This document shows, piece after piece, positions 31,715 to 41,601 of a stretch of DNA of 64,000 nucleotides. The notes under the pieces were generated by a model. The model was given only the letters and a program-made list of their open reading frames with translations. It made no database searches and had not been told where the DNA came from. Position 1 is the first letter of the stretch, and each line of letters opens with the position of its first letter. The position numbers and the translations under genes were made by a program. Source of the DNA: an uncultured Acidimicrobiales bacterium (GTDB lineage Bacteria; Actinomycetota; Acidimicrobiia; Acidimicrobiales; DATKAS01); assembly GCA_963739555.1 (NCBI GenBank), contig CAVUAV010000012.1:135581-199580 (forward strand). Reading direction: 5' to 3'.

Positions 31715-32603
31715 AATGTCTACCGGTGCTGACTATCGCTTCGACTCGGTCCCCGACGTGCGTCAAGGCCTTCGCGACGTGCACTACCTGGCCGACGATG
31801 GCATTGCCGGCGTCGTGTTCCTCGCCGATCGCCTGCAGAAGCCCGTCCTGATCGAGGGGCCCGCCGGCACCGGCAAGACCCAGCTCGCAAAGTCGGTCGC
31901 CGAGTTCACCGGCGCTCGCTTGATCCGCCTGCAGTGCTACGAGGGCCTCGACGAGAGCAAGGCGCTCTACGAGTGGAACTACAAGAAGCAGCTGCTCCGC
32001 ATCCAGGCCGACCGGCAGTCAGACGGATGGAACGACCTCCACGACGACATCTTCAGCGAGGAGTTCCTGCTCACGCGGCCCTTGCTCGAGGCCATCCGCG
32101 CGAGCGAGCCGGTCGTGCTGCTCGTCGACGAGGTCGACCGCGTCGAGATCGAGACCGAAGCGCTGCTGCTCGAGATCCTCTCCGACTATCAGGTCTCGAT
32201 CCCAGAGCTCGGCACGGTGAGCGCCACGCAGATCCCTCTCGTCTTCCTCACCTCGAACAACACCCGTGAGCTGTCCGAAGCGCTGAAGCGGCGCTGCCTG
32301 TACCTGCACGTCGACTACCCCGACCTCGAGCGCGAGAAAGAGATCGTGCTCACGAAGGTGCCCGACATCAGCGAGAACCTGGCCGACCAAATCGCGCGCA
32401 TCGTGCGGTCGATCCGCCAGCTCGAGCTGAAGAAGGCCCCGTCTGTCTCAGAGACCTTGGATTGGGCGCGCACCCTCGTGCTGCTCGGCATCGACTCGAT
32501 CGACGCTCAGCAAGCGAAGGAGACGTTGCACATCTTGCTGAAGTATCAGACAGACATCGCCAAGGCGGCAAAAGAGCTCTCGGTCGATGCGGGCAAGAGC
32601 TGA
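31715..32603 (+). CDS. MoxR-family AAA+ ATPase (CoxD-like)
   Basis: Walker A is 'VLIEGPAGTGKTQLAKS' and Walker B is 'VVLLVDEVDR'. 'LFLTSNNTRELSEALKRRCLYLHVDYP' and 'APSVSETLDWARTL' are typical of the CoxD/MoxR AAA_5 group. The start is ATG 31715 or an upstream ATG at 31672. Confidence 0.88.
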
Positions 32604-32610
32604 GCGGCCG

Positions 32611-33555
32611 GTGAGGCACAGCACCCGGCTGCGTCTCGGCCTTCTCGCGCTGCTCGTCGGCGTCGCGCTGTTCGTCAGCGCGTGCCTGCCGCCTCCGGGC
32701 ATCAGGCCCGACGCCAACGGCGCATGGCACCCTGACTACCTCCCGTACCAGGGCGTCGGCACCTGGGTCGACGCGTACGACTACGTCGACGGCTACCAGA
32801 CGACAGGCAAGCCGGCACCGCTGCACGTCGACGTGCTGTCGACCATGGCGGCGCAGGGCGTGAAGACGATCTACCTGCAGGCGGCGAAGGAGGATCCCCG
32901 CTCACCCGGCGACCTCATCGACCCGAACCTCCTCGCCCAATGGGTCACGACCGCGCACGGCCTCGGGATGACCGTCGTCGGCTGGTACCTGCCCACGCTG
33001 ACGAACCCCGACCGTGACCTCCAGCACCTCATGGCCATGTTCAACTTCCAGGTGAACGGCCAGACCCTCGACGGCATCGGCGTCGACATCGAGTCGCGCG
33101 TCGTCACCGACGTGAACGACCGCAACAACCGGCTCGTCAGCCTGTCGCAGCGACTTCGGGCTCAGACCGGCACTTCGGTGCTGTCCGCGATCGTCGTGCC
33201 GCCCGTGGTGATGGACATCATCAACGTGAACTTCTGGCCGGCCTTCCCGTGGGCGAGCCTCGCGCCTTACTACAACGTGTGGATGCCGATGAACTACTGG
33301 ACCGGCCGCACGCAAGCGTCGGGCTATCACGACGGATATCGCTACACCGTCGACAACATCACCCTGCTTCGCCAGCACATCAACAACCCCAGCGCGATCG
33401 TGCATCCGATCGGCGGCATCGCCGACACCGCGACTGACGACGAGATCAGGGGAATGGTGCAGGGCGCACAGGAGCAAGGCGCGATCGGTTGGTCGATGTA
33501 TGACTGGAACACGACGCGTCAGACGTCGTGGCCGGTCATCCGCGGTCAGGGCTGA
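32611..33555 (+). CDS. Secreted lipoprotein, glycoside-hydrolase-like TIM-barrel protein (family uncertain)
   Basis: The lipobox is 'LLVGVALFVSAC'. 'GVKTIYLQAA', 'VVGWYLP' and 'LDGIGVDIES' resemble the beta-strand-end motifs of GH18/GHL-type barrels (compare DxxDxDxE). 'WMPMNYW' is also present. GTG 32611 is preferred over 32587. Confidence 0.6.
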   Translation: MRHSTRLRLGLLALLVGVALFVSACLPPPGIRPDANGAWHPDYLPYQGVGTWVDAYDYVDGYQTTGKPAPLHVDVLSTMAAQGVKTIYLQAAKEDPRSPGDLIDPNLLAQWVTTAHGLGMTVVGWYLPTLTNPDRDLQHLMAMFNFQVNGQTLDGIGVDIESRVVTDVNDRNNRLVSLSQRLRAQTGTSVLSAIVVPPVVMDIINVNFWPAFPWASLAPYYNVWMPMNYWTGRTQASGYHDGYRYTVDNITLLRQHINNPSAIVHPIGGIADTATDDEIRGMVQGAQEQGAIGWSMYDWNTTRQTSWPVIRGQG

Positions 33556-33563
33556 GTCGCACA

Positions 33564-34985
33564 GTGCTCGAGCTGCTCGGCGGGTTCATCCAAGAGCTGC
33601 GGGCGGCGGGACTGCCCGTCTCGCTCACCGAGAACCTCGACGCCATGGAGGCCGTGAAGCACATCCCGATCGAGGATCGCGACGCGTTCAAGTACGCGCT
33701 CGCCGCCACGCTCGTCAAGAACAACGCGCACTGGCGCGCGTTCGAGACCGTCTTCGAGGTGTACTTCTCGTTGCGGGGCCCCGAGTTCCAGGTCGACGGC
33801 GAGGGCGACGGCGACCAGTGGGGCGAGATGCAGCCGGGCAAGCAGCAGCAGGGCGGCCCGGGCGGCGCCATGGAGCAGCTCACCCCCGAACAGCTCGCCG
33901 AGATGCTCTACCGGGCCTTGCTGAACGCGGACGAGGCGATGATGCGGGCGCTCGCCCGACAGGCGGTGAGCCGGTACGCAGGGATGGAGCCCGGGCGCCC
34001 GGTAGGAGGCACCTACTACCTGTACCGCACGCTTCGGAACCTCGATCTCGACGGCATGCTCGAGAAGCTCATGGAGTCGGCGCGCCAAGAGGTCGGCGGC
34101 GACATGACCGCCCTCGAGGAGCGCCTCGAGCGCGACGAGTTCGAGACGCGCATCGAGCAGCTCAAGAAGGAGATCGAAGCCGAGATCCGTCGCCGGCTGG
34201 TGGCCGACCGCGGTGTCGAGGCGATGGCCAAGACGCTGCGCAAGCCGTTGCCCGAGGACGTCGACTTCATGCATGCGTCGCGCGACGAGATGGCCGCGCT
34301 CCGCCGTGCGCTCTACCCCCTCACTCGCAAGCTCGCGGTGCGTCTCGCTCGCAAGCGTCGCCACGGGCGCAAGGGCCCGCTCGACTTCCGCAACACGGTC
34401 CGCCACTCGCTGTCTTACGGCGGTGTGCCGGCCGAGCCCAAGTTCCGCTACCCGCGGCCCGCGAAGCCCGAGATCATGGTCGTCGCCGACATCTCTGGTT
34501 CGGTCGCGGCGTTCGCCCGCTTCACCCTCCACCTCGTCTATGCGATCAGCGGCCAGTTCTCGAAGGTGCGTGCGTTCGTCTTCATCGACGGCATCGACGA
34601 GGTCACGAGCTACTTCGAAGGCGTCGAGGACATCACCGAAGCCGTGCATCGTGTGAACACCGAGGCCGACGTCGTGTGGGTCGACGGTCACAGCGACTAC
34701 GGCCACGCGCTCGAGGTCTTCTGGGAGAAGTGGGGTCGTGAGGTCGGACCCAAGACGACGGTGATCCTCCTCGGCGACGCGCGGAACAACTACCACGCCG
34801 CCCAGTCGTGGGTGCTCAAGGAGATGCGTCACCGCGCTCGCCACGTGTACTGGCTCAACCCTGAGCCCCGGTCTTACTGGGACACCGGCGACTCGATCAT
34901 CGGTGAGTACGGCGTCCACACCGACGGCGTCTTCGAGTGCCGCAACCTGCGGCAGCTCGAGCGGTTCGTCGAGAACCTCGCCTGA
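33564..34985 (+). CDS. VWA domain protein (CoxE-like)
   Basis: 'IMVVADISGSVAAFARFTLHLVYAI' carries the MIDAS DxSxS motif. 'TVILLGDARNNYH', 'HVYWLNPEPRSYWDTGDS' and the C-terminal 'ECRNLRQLERFV' are typical of VWA_CoxE proteins. Confidence 0.85.
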   Translation: MLELLGGFIQELRAAGLPVSLTENLDAMEAVKHIPIEDRDAFKYALAATLVKNNAHWRAFETVFEVYFSLRGPEFQVDGEGDGDQWGEMQPGKQQQGGPGGAMEQLTPEQLAEMLYRALLNADEAMMRALARQAVSRYAGMEPGRPVGGTYYLYRTLRNLDLDGMLEKLMESARQEVGGDMTALEERLERDEFETRIEQLKKEIEAEIRRRLVADRGVEAMAKTLRKPLPEDVDFMHASRDEMAALRRALYPLTRKLAVRLARKRRHGRKGPLDFRNTVRHSLSYGGVPAEPKFRYPRPAKPEIMVVADISGSVAAFARFTLHLVYAISGQFSKVRAFVFIDGIDEVTSYFEGVEDITEAVHRVNTEADVVWVDGHSDYGHALEVFWEKWGREVGPKTTVILLGDARNNYHAAQSWVLKEMRHRARHVYWLNPEPRSYWDTGDSIIGEYGVHTDGVFECRNLRQLERFVENLA

Positions 34986-34995
34986 GCATCGCCGC

Positions 34996-35643
34996 GTGAC
35001 CCGCCTCGTCCTGATCCGCCACGGCGAGTCTCAGGTGTTCGTCGACGGCCTCGTGGGCGGCCTGGCGACGTGCAATGGCCTCTCCGATCTCGGTCGCCGC
35101 CAAGCGGCCGCGCTGCGAGACCGGCTGGCCTCGACCCACGAGCTCGACCCGGTCGACGTGTTGATCGCGAGCACACTGCCGCGCGCCAGCGAGACCGCGG
35201 AGATCATCTCTCCCGCGCTCGGGAACCTGCCGGTCGTCGAGGACGAGGAGGTGTGCGAGATCCATCCTGGCGAGGCGGACGGCCTGGCCTACGACGACTA
35301 CATCGCGAAGTACGGCTGGCGCGACATGGAGGCCGATCCCGACCTCGTGCTGTCGCCGGGCGGGGAGAGCATCGCGTCGTTTCACCAACGCGTCGGCGCT
35401 GCGTTGACTCGCATCGCGGCAGCGCACCTCGATCAGACCGTCGTGATCGCGTGCCACGGCGGGGTCGTCGACGTGGGTTTGCGCACGTTGCTCCGCCTCG
35501 GCATGGTCGGCGCGTTCGACCTGTACACCCAGAACACGTCGCTGACCGAGTTCGTGCTCGTCCCGCCGACCGAACGTCGACCCGAGCGGCGGTGGCGGCT
35601 CGTTCGCTACAACGACGCCGCGCACCTCGCCGGCGTCTGCTGA
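34996..35643 (+). CDS. Histidine phosphatase family protein
   Basis: 'RLVLIRHGES' is the RHG catalytic motif. 'SSTLPRASETAE' and 'VVIACHGGVV' (second His) are also present. Confidence 0.85.
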   Translation: MTRLVLIRHGESQVFVDGLVGGLATCNGLSDLGRRQAAALRDRLASTHELDPVDVLIASTLPRASETAEIISPALGNLPVVEDEEVCEIHPGEADGLAYDDYIAKYGWRDMEADPDLVLSPGGESIASFHQRVGAALTRIAAAHLDQTVVIACHGGVVDVGLRTLLRLGMVGAFDLYTQNTSLTEFVLVPPTERRPERRWRLVRYNDAAHLAGVC

Positions 35644-35652
35644 ACCGTCAGG

Positions 35653-36529
35653 TCAGCTCAGCCCTTCGATCATCAAGTCGTAGAGGTGGAAGAGCGCGGG
35701 CCGATCGTGCTCTTCCCGCACCATCAGCGCGAGACGTCGGCTGCGCTGCACGAGGTCACGCGCGCTGCGTCCAGGCCAGGGCCGCGGCAGCAGCTCGGGG
35801 GGCAGGAACGGGTCGTTGCGGGTGCACTCGGACATGGCGACTGCCATCACGAACGCGAACGGCAGGAAGTGGTCGTCGCTGAACCGCTCCTTCCGACGTC
35901 GCATGTCCTCGAGCTGCTGCAGGCACGTGCTCGTGCTGCTCGATGAACCTCTCGTAGGCGGCCGCGACGTCGTCGAGCGGCCACAACATCCGCGCGAGCT
36001 GGCGTGGGTCACGCACGCCGCCGACCTCGAGGTCGTCGGTGGTCGCGAGCGACAGGTGCTCGTCGACGCCGAGGCGCTTCGCTTCCTGCCTCACCGCGTC
36101 GTGCCACGGATGGGGTGACACGTAGACGCCTCCCTGCAACGCCGCGCCCCCGAGGGCGACGATGCGATCACGCAGCTGATCGCGCGCGGCTCTGCGGTCT
36201 TCGGGCACCGCGAAGGCGACGAGATGCCACATGCGGTCCCAGCCCCGGCCTGCGGCGTCCTGCTGATAGGCGGTGCGCGTGCGCGCCCAGCCGGTCTCGA
36301 GCTGCGCCATGCCCGCCTCGGTCGCCTCGTAGCGAGCGCTGCGACCCTTGCCGTGCTGGATGTAGAGGCCTTCTTTCACCAGCCGCCTCAGGCACGATCG
36401 CACCTGCTCAGACGATTGCCCGCACGCCTCGGCCACCGCGTAGAGCTCTGACGCGACGATCTCACCGTCGTCGTGGCGCATGCCGGTGACGAGGACTCTG
36501 GTCGGGATCGGAACGGTCGTCCTCGCCAC
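35653..36529 (-). CDS. PaaX-family transcriptional regulator. One frameshift near 35922.
   Basis: The N-terminal winged helix is 'ASELYAVAEACGQSSEQVRSCLRRLVKEGLYIQHGKGRSARYEAT', followed by 'WHLVAFAVPEDRRAARDQLRDRIVALGGAALQGGVYVSP'. The C-terminus continues in ORF 35653..36012 ('LQQLEDMRRRKERFSDDHFLPFAF...'). Confidence 0.75.
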
Positions 36530-36560
36530 GACCGAACTGTACCCGGCCGAAGTGCTGCGC

Positions 36561-37562
36561 TCAGAGGCCTCGCCGAGCCTGCCAGCCGTACCAGAGCAGC
36601 GCCGCGAGCACGATCACGAAGAACGCGAGGACGAGCATCGACGAGTTGTTGCTGACCGTCGATGCGAGCACGACGTCGAGCTGCGTCGTGATCACTGGAC
36701 CGCAGTGCGCGACGACCTCGAGCCGGCCCGGATCGACATCGGGCACGGCGATCGGAGTCGAGAACGTGCCGTCCGACTTCGCGGTCGTCTCACCGACCTG
36801 CTTGCCGTCGATCTCGAGGGTGACGGTCGCTCCGGGGTCGCACCCCTTGCCGGTCGCGACGACGTCGCCCCCCGGCGTCACCGACGGTTTGTCGAGCACG
36901 AGGTCGCGCACCTCGGCCACCGTCGTCGTCGGGGCCGTCGTGCTCGGAGGGAGTGTCGTCGTCGTCGTGGTCGCCGCGGTCGTGGTCGTGGCGATCGTCG
37001 TGGTCGTCGTCGCCTTGGCGGTTGACGTCGTGCCCTTGGCAGTCGTCGTGGTGGGCTTCGCCGTCGTGGTCGTCGGCTTCACGGTGGTCGTGGTCGTCGG
37101 CGCAGCCGTCGTCGTGGTGGCGATCGTGGTGGTGGTCGTCGACGTCGTCGTGGTCGGTCGTGGTGGTCGCCGGCGCCAGCACGGTGAACGTGCGCACGCG
37201 CCGACCTGCGTTGCGGTCGACTGCTCGCAGGTTGACGCAGTACGACAGTGACGCCGTAGGTGCCCGGCGGCCGTTCAGGCGGCACCTGCAGCGTGCCGCT
37301 CCGCGTCGGCCCTTGCGAGTTGCCGTCGTGAGACGACCCGAGATCGCCGGCGAGGGTGACGAACCAGTCGACGCAGTTCGACCGTGCGAGCCGAACGGGA
37401 CGTCCTGCGACGCCGGTGAACGACGTGCCAGCGGGACCGGAGGTCGGGTTGATGGAAAACGGTCCCGGCTGCGGGAGGTATCGACGCCGCGAGGGCGGGG
37501 GCGGCGGACAGCGCCACGACCATCACGGCGGCGACTGCCGCGACCGCGCGCCTCATGCGCAT
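36561..37562 (-). CDS. Secreted, C-terminally membrane-anchored surface protein with Ig-like domains and a Thr-rich linker. At least 3 frameshifts.
   Basis: The signal peptide is 'MRMRRAVAAVAAVMVVALSAAPALAAS' (ORF 37275..37562). 'INPTSGPAGTSFTG' is in a shifted frame, and 'VRTFTVLAPATTTT' is in ORF 36790..37197. The intact 3' ORF 36561..37082 carries the poly-Thr run, 'LVLDKPSVTPGGDVVATGKGCDPGATVTLEIDG' and the TM tail 'MLVLAFFVIVLAALLWY'. Confidence 0.65.
36914..37170 (-). repeat. Low-complexity Thr-codon (ACN) tract encoding a ~80-aa Thr/Ala/Lys-rich linker
   Basis: The plus strand reads as runs of GTCGTC/GTGGTC. The minus frame gives 'TTTAKPTTTTAKGTTSTAKATTTTTIATTTTAATTTTTTLPPSTTAPTTT'. 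Confidence 0.8.
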
Positions 37563-37621
37563 GGGAGCAGTCTTCGACTCATGGGAAGAAGTCTTCCCTG
37601 CGCGCGTGGCAGGCTCCGGGC

Positions 37622-38236
37622 ATGCCCTCCAACGAGGTCGTTCTCGTTCGTCATGGTGAGACCGAGTGGGCCAAGGTCGGCCGTCACACCGGTCGCACCG
37701 ACATCCCCCTCACCGAAGAGGGCCGCGCGCAGGCAGAGCTCGCCGGGCGCCGCCTGGTCGGCCGCGAGTTCGCTCTCGTGCTCACGAGCCCCCTGTCGCG
37801 CGCAGCCGAGACCTGCCGGCTCGCCGGGTTCGGCGATCAGTCCGAGACCTCCGACGACCTCCTCGAGTGGGACTACGGGGACTACGAGGGCAGGCGCACC
37901 GTCGACATCAGGGTCGACCGTCCGGGATGGACGCTCTGGGCAGACGGTGTGCCCGGGGGCGAGACCGCCAGCCAGGTAGGGGCGCGCGCCGACGAGGTGA
38001 TCGCGCGCGCGTTGGCCGCACCTGGGGACGTCTTGCTCTTCGCCCATGGGCATCTCCTCAGAGTCCTCGGCGCAAGGTGGCTCGACCTTGAGCCCACGGC
38101 GGGCAGACTCTTCGCCTTGTCGCCCGCGACGCTCTCCGTGCTGGGGTTCGAGCGGGAGAACCGGGTGTTCCAACGGTGGAACGACATCTGCGACTCGGTC
38201 GCGGGTGCGCTCCCCTCGATGGGAGATGGTGAGTGA
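37622..38236 (+). CDS. Histidine phosphatase family protein (phosphoglycerate-mutase-like)
   Basis: 'VVLVRHGETEWAKVGRHTGRTDIPLTEEG', 'TSPLSRAAETC', 'EWDYGDYEG' and 'LLFAHGHLLRVL' are present. Confidence 0.88.
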   Translation: MPSNEVVLVRHGETEWAKVGRHTGRTDIPLTEEGRAQAELAGRRLVGREFALVLTSPLSRAAETCRLAGFGDQSETSDDLLEWDYGDYEGRRTVDIRVDRPGWTLWADGVPGGETASQVGARADEVIARALAAPGDVLLFAHGHLLRVLGARWLDLEPTAGRLFALSPATLSVLGFERENRVFQRWNDICDSVAGALPSMGDGE

Positions 38237-38907
38237 TGGATGTCGAGACCTTCTCGCCGAAGGAGCTGCCCGCGGCGTCCGCGGGCTGGATCGCGGCGCG
38301 GGCCGAGCCTGCGATCGGCGAGCGCGGACACTTCACGCTCGCGGTGAGTGGCGGATCGACGCCGGCCGCGATGTTCGCGGCGCTCGCACAGCTCGATCTG
38401 CCGTGGGGTCAGATCCACGTGTTCCAGGTCGACGAGCGGGTTGCGCCCGATGGCGATCCCGATCGCAACCTCGGCGACCTGAGGGCGAACCTCCTCGACC
38501 TCGTGCCCGTCGTGCCCCATCTCATGGACGTGACCGCGAGCGATCTCGTCGCGGCGAGCTTGCGCTATGCGGAGGAGATCGAGAAGGTCACTGGTGACGG
38601 TGTGCTCGACGTCGTGCACCTGGGTCTCGGCGACGACGGGCACACCGCGTCGTGGCCACCCGGCGATCCTGTCATCCACGTGCGCGACCTCGACGTCTCG
38701 ATCACGCAGCCCTACCGCGGCCGTGTGCGGATGACGCTCACCGTCCCCGCGGTGAACAGGGCGCGCGACGTGATGTTCCTCGCCGCCGGAGACGGCAAGC
38801 GCGAGATGGTGAAGCGTCTCGTCGCAGGCGATCCGAGCATCCCCGCGTCGCATGTCCGCGACGATGCGACCCTGTTGATCGACGAGCTCGCTGCCAGAGA
38901 CCTATGA
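38233..38907 (+). CDS. pgl: 6-phosphogluconolactonase
   Basis: '[15 protein letters not shown]', '[19 protein letters not shown]' and '[20 protein letters not shown]' are present. The start overlaps the upstream stop. Confidence 0.88.
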   Translation: MMDVETFSPKELPAASAGWIAARAEPAIGERGHFTLAVSGGSTPAAMFAALAQLDLPWGQIHVFQVDERVAPDGDPDRNLGDLRANLLDLVPVVPHLMDVTASDLVAASLRYAEEIEKVTGDGVLDVVHLGLGDDGHTASWPPGDPVIHVRDLDVSITQPYRGRVRMTLTVPAVNRARDVMFLAAGDGKREMVKRLVAGDPSIPASHVRDDATLLIDELAARDL

Positions 38908-40388
38908 CCTCGTTCGGTCTCGAGACCGACGTCGTCGATCGCTCTGCGCGCGATCGTGCCGTCGAGCGATTTCGATCTGCGGGCATCGCCCTCCCGACGT
39001 TCGCGCAGCTGGCCGACCCGGGCGCAGTGCCAGCGTCCGTGATCAGCCGGCTCGCTGGCGTCGGTCCGGACGACCCCGACGCAGCGAACCTCTTCCGCGT
39101 CCACTGGTTCAACGGAACCGATCGCACCTCGCGTGCCGAGGTCCCCGGGCATCTTGTCGTGCCGTCGGCCCTCAGCGGTGTCGACGCGACGATCGTGCTC
39201 GCGTTCGGCGACCGGTTCCCGATGATCGGCGCGCACAAGGTGCAGGCTGCGTACGCCTGCCTCGCGCCGCGCGTCGTGACGGGCCAGTTCGACCCGACCG
39301 CGCATCGCGCCATCTGGCCCTCGACCGGAAACTACGCACGGGGGGGAGTCGCGATCTCCCGCATCATGGGTTGCCGAGGGGTGGCGGTGCTTCCCGAGAA
39401 CATGAGTCGTGAACGGTTCGAGTGGCTCGACGCCTGGGTGACCGATCCGGCCGACATCATCCGCACGCCCGGGTCAGAGAGCAACGTCAAGGAGATCTAC
39501 GACGCGTGCGCTGACCTCGCTCGTGACCCGGCCAACGTGGTCCTCAACCAGTTCTGCGAATTCGGCAACCACCTCGCGCACCGTCTGGCGACAGGTCGTG
39601 CGATGCAGGCGATCGCCGCCGCACATCCCGGGCTGCGCGTGCGAGCGTTCGTCTCCGCATCGGGATCGGCAGGCACACTCGCCGCCGGCGACACCCTGAA
39701 GGAGCAGCACGGCTCGCTCACCGTCGCCGTCGAAGCGCTCGAGTGCCCCACGCTGCTGCGCAACGGCTTCGGCGAGCACAACATCCAAGGCATCGGCGAC
39801 AAGCACATCCCCTACATCCACAACGTCATGGCGACCGACATCGTCACCGCGGTCTCTGATCGCTCGACCGACGCGCTCGATGTGCTGTTCAACACCGACG
39901 AAGGCCGGCTCGAGCTCGCTCGCCGCGGTGTCGCCGACGACGTGGTCGACTCGCTTCGACACCTCGGACTCTCGTCGATCTGCAACCTCGTGGCGTCCAT
40001 CAAGGTCGCGAAGCGGCTGGGGCTGGGTGAGGGCGACCTGGTGCTGTCGGTCGCGACCGACGGCGCGGCCCTCTACGGATCAGAGCGAGCGAAGACGACC
40101 GCCCGGCTGTGGCCGGACGGCTTCGACGCACGCGCCGCGGCGGCGGTGTTCGCCGAGCACCTCGCGGGCATCTCCGACGACCACCTGCTCGAGTGCGCCA
40201 CCGAGGACCGCAACCGCATCTTCAACCTCGGCTACTTCACATGGGTCGAGCAGCAGGGCGTCGCCCTTGACGACTTCGAGGCGCGGCGGTCGCAATCGTT
40301 CTGGACCGACCTGCTCGCCCTCGTGCCGCACTGGGACGCGGCGATCGACGAGTTCAACGACCGGACGGGCGTTCTCGCATCTTGGTAA
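38904..40388 (+). CDS. PLP-dependent enzyme of the Trp-synthase-beta (PALP, fold type II) superfamily, long form (494 aa). Specific function unknown.
   Basis: An ATGA overlap links it to pgl. '[16 protein letters not shown]' holds the candidate PLP lysine, and '[13 protein letters not shown]' and '[12 protein letters not shown]' (Gly-rich phosphate loop) follow. Long N- and C-terminal extensions are absent from CysK/CysM. Confidence 0.7.
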   Translation: MTSFGLETDVVDRSARDRAVERFRSAGIALPTFAQLADPGAVPASVISRLAGVGPDDPDAANLFRVHWFNGTDRTSRAEVPGHLVVPSALSGVDATIVLAFGDRFPMIGAHKVQAAYACLAPRVVTGQFDPTAHRAIWPSTGNYARGGVAISRIMGCRGVAVLPENMSRERFEWLDAWVTDPADIIRTPGSESNVKEIYDACADLARDPANVVLNQFCEFGNHLAHRLATGRAMQAIAAAHPGLRVRAFVSASGSAGTLAAGDTLKEQHGSLTVAVEALECPTLLRNGFGEHNIQGIGDKHIPYIHNVMATDIVTAVSDRSTDALDVLFNTDEGRLELARRGVADDVVDSLRHLGLSSICNLVASIKVAKRLGLGEGDLVLSVATDGAALYGSERAKTTARLWPDGFDARAAAAVFAEHLAGISDDHLLECATEDRNRIFNLGYFTWVEQQGVALDDFEARRSQSFWTDLLALVPHWDAAIDEFNDRTGVLASW

Positions 40389-40395
40389 CAAGCCG

Positions 40396-41601
40396 GTGGT
40401 GATCTCGTGCGCGGGCTGTGGCTGGCCCGCATCGCCTCGCTCCGACACCCCGTTTCACTGTCCGCGTGCCCGGCCCGGTGACGACGTCGACCACGTGCTC
40501 GTACGGCGCCTCTCGACCGGAGCGTCATGGCCCGCGAGCGGTGAGCGCAATCCCTTCCTGCGATACCGCACCCTGCTCTCCGCGCACGACCGGGCGGCTG
40601 ACGACGCTCAGCTCGTCGACGTCATCGAGCGGCTCGATGACGCAGTCGCGGGCGTCGTCGGCCGCGGCTTCCTGATCACTTCGTTCGAGCGCAACGACGA
40701 TCTCGGCGCGTGGGTGAAGGACGAGACGGCAACACCGGGCGGCTCGCACAAGGGTCGCCACCTCATGGGCCTCGCGATCTGGCTCGAGGTCGTCGGAATC
40801 GATCGGTCGCGTGAGCTTGTCGTCGCGAGCTGCGGCAACGCCGCGCTCTCAGCCGCGGTCATCGCACGCGCGTCGAACCGTCCGCTGCGCGTGTTCGTGC
40901 CCACCTGGGCAGACGACTCGGTGGTCGCGCGCCTGCGCGAGCTCGACGCACAGATCGAGGTCTGCCCTCGCGGCGACGACGACCCGCCGGGCGACCCCTG
41001 CGTGCTCCGGTTGCGCGCGGCCGTGGCCGAGGGCGCGATCCCGTTCACGTGCCAGGGTCCCGACAACGGCCTGACGATCGACGGGGGCGCACGGTCGGCT
41101 ACGAGATCGCCGAGGCGCAAGTCGCGTTGGACCACCTCGTCGTGCAGGTCGGAGGAGGCGCGCTCGCGTCGAGCGTCGCGCAGGGGCTCGCCGACGCGGT
41201 CGCGCTCGGCGCCATCGCCGCGATGCCGTCGATCCACGTGGTGCAAGCCGAGGTGCACGCACCGATGGTGCGGGCGTGGCAGCACCGGCGTCTCGATGCT
41301 CGACACCACCGACACGACGTGATGTGGCCGTGGGAGCCGCCCGGAACCAGCGTCGCGACCGGCATCCTCGACGACGAGGCCTACGACTGGGCTGCGGTCC
41401 TCGACGCGCTCGAGCGCACTGGTGGTACCGCGATCACCGTCACCGAGGACGAGCTGCGCGACGCCAACGAGCGGGCTCGAGCGGTGACCGGCATCGATGC
41501 CAGCGCTACGGGGACGGCGGGGCTCGCCGGGCTCGAGGCCTTGCGGCGCGTGGGCGCCATCAGCCACGAACGACACCGCAGCCGTACTGTTCACCGGATG
41601 A
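40396..41601 (+). CDS. Threonine-synthase-like PLP-dependent enzyme with an N-terminal Cys cluster. Two frameshifts (near 41085 and 41565).
   Basis: 'ISCAGCGW...FHCPRA' and 'ETATPGGSHKGRHLMG' (PLP Lys) are in frame 1. 'GRTVGYEIAEAQVALDHLVVQVGGGALASS' is in frame 3 (ORF 41049..). The C-terminus '[10 protein letters not shown]' is back in frame 1, with a TGA forming an ATGA overlap with the next gene. Confidence 0.7.
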
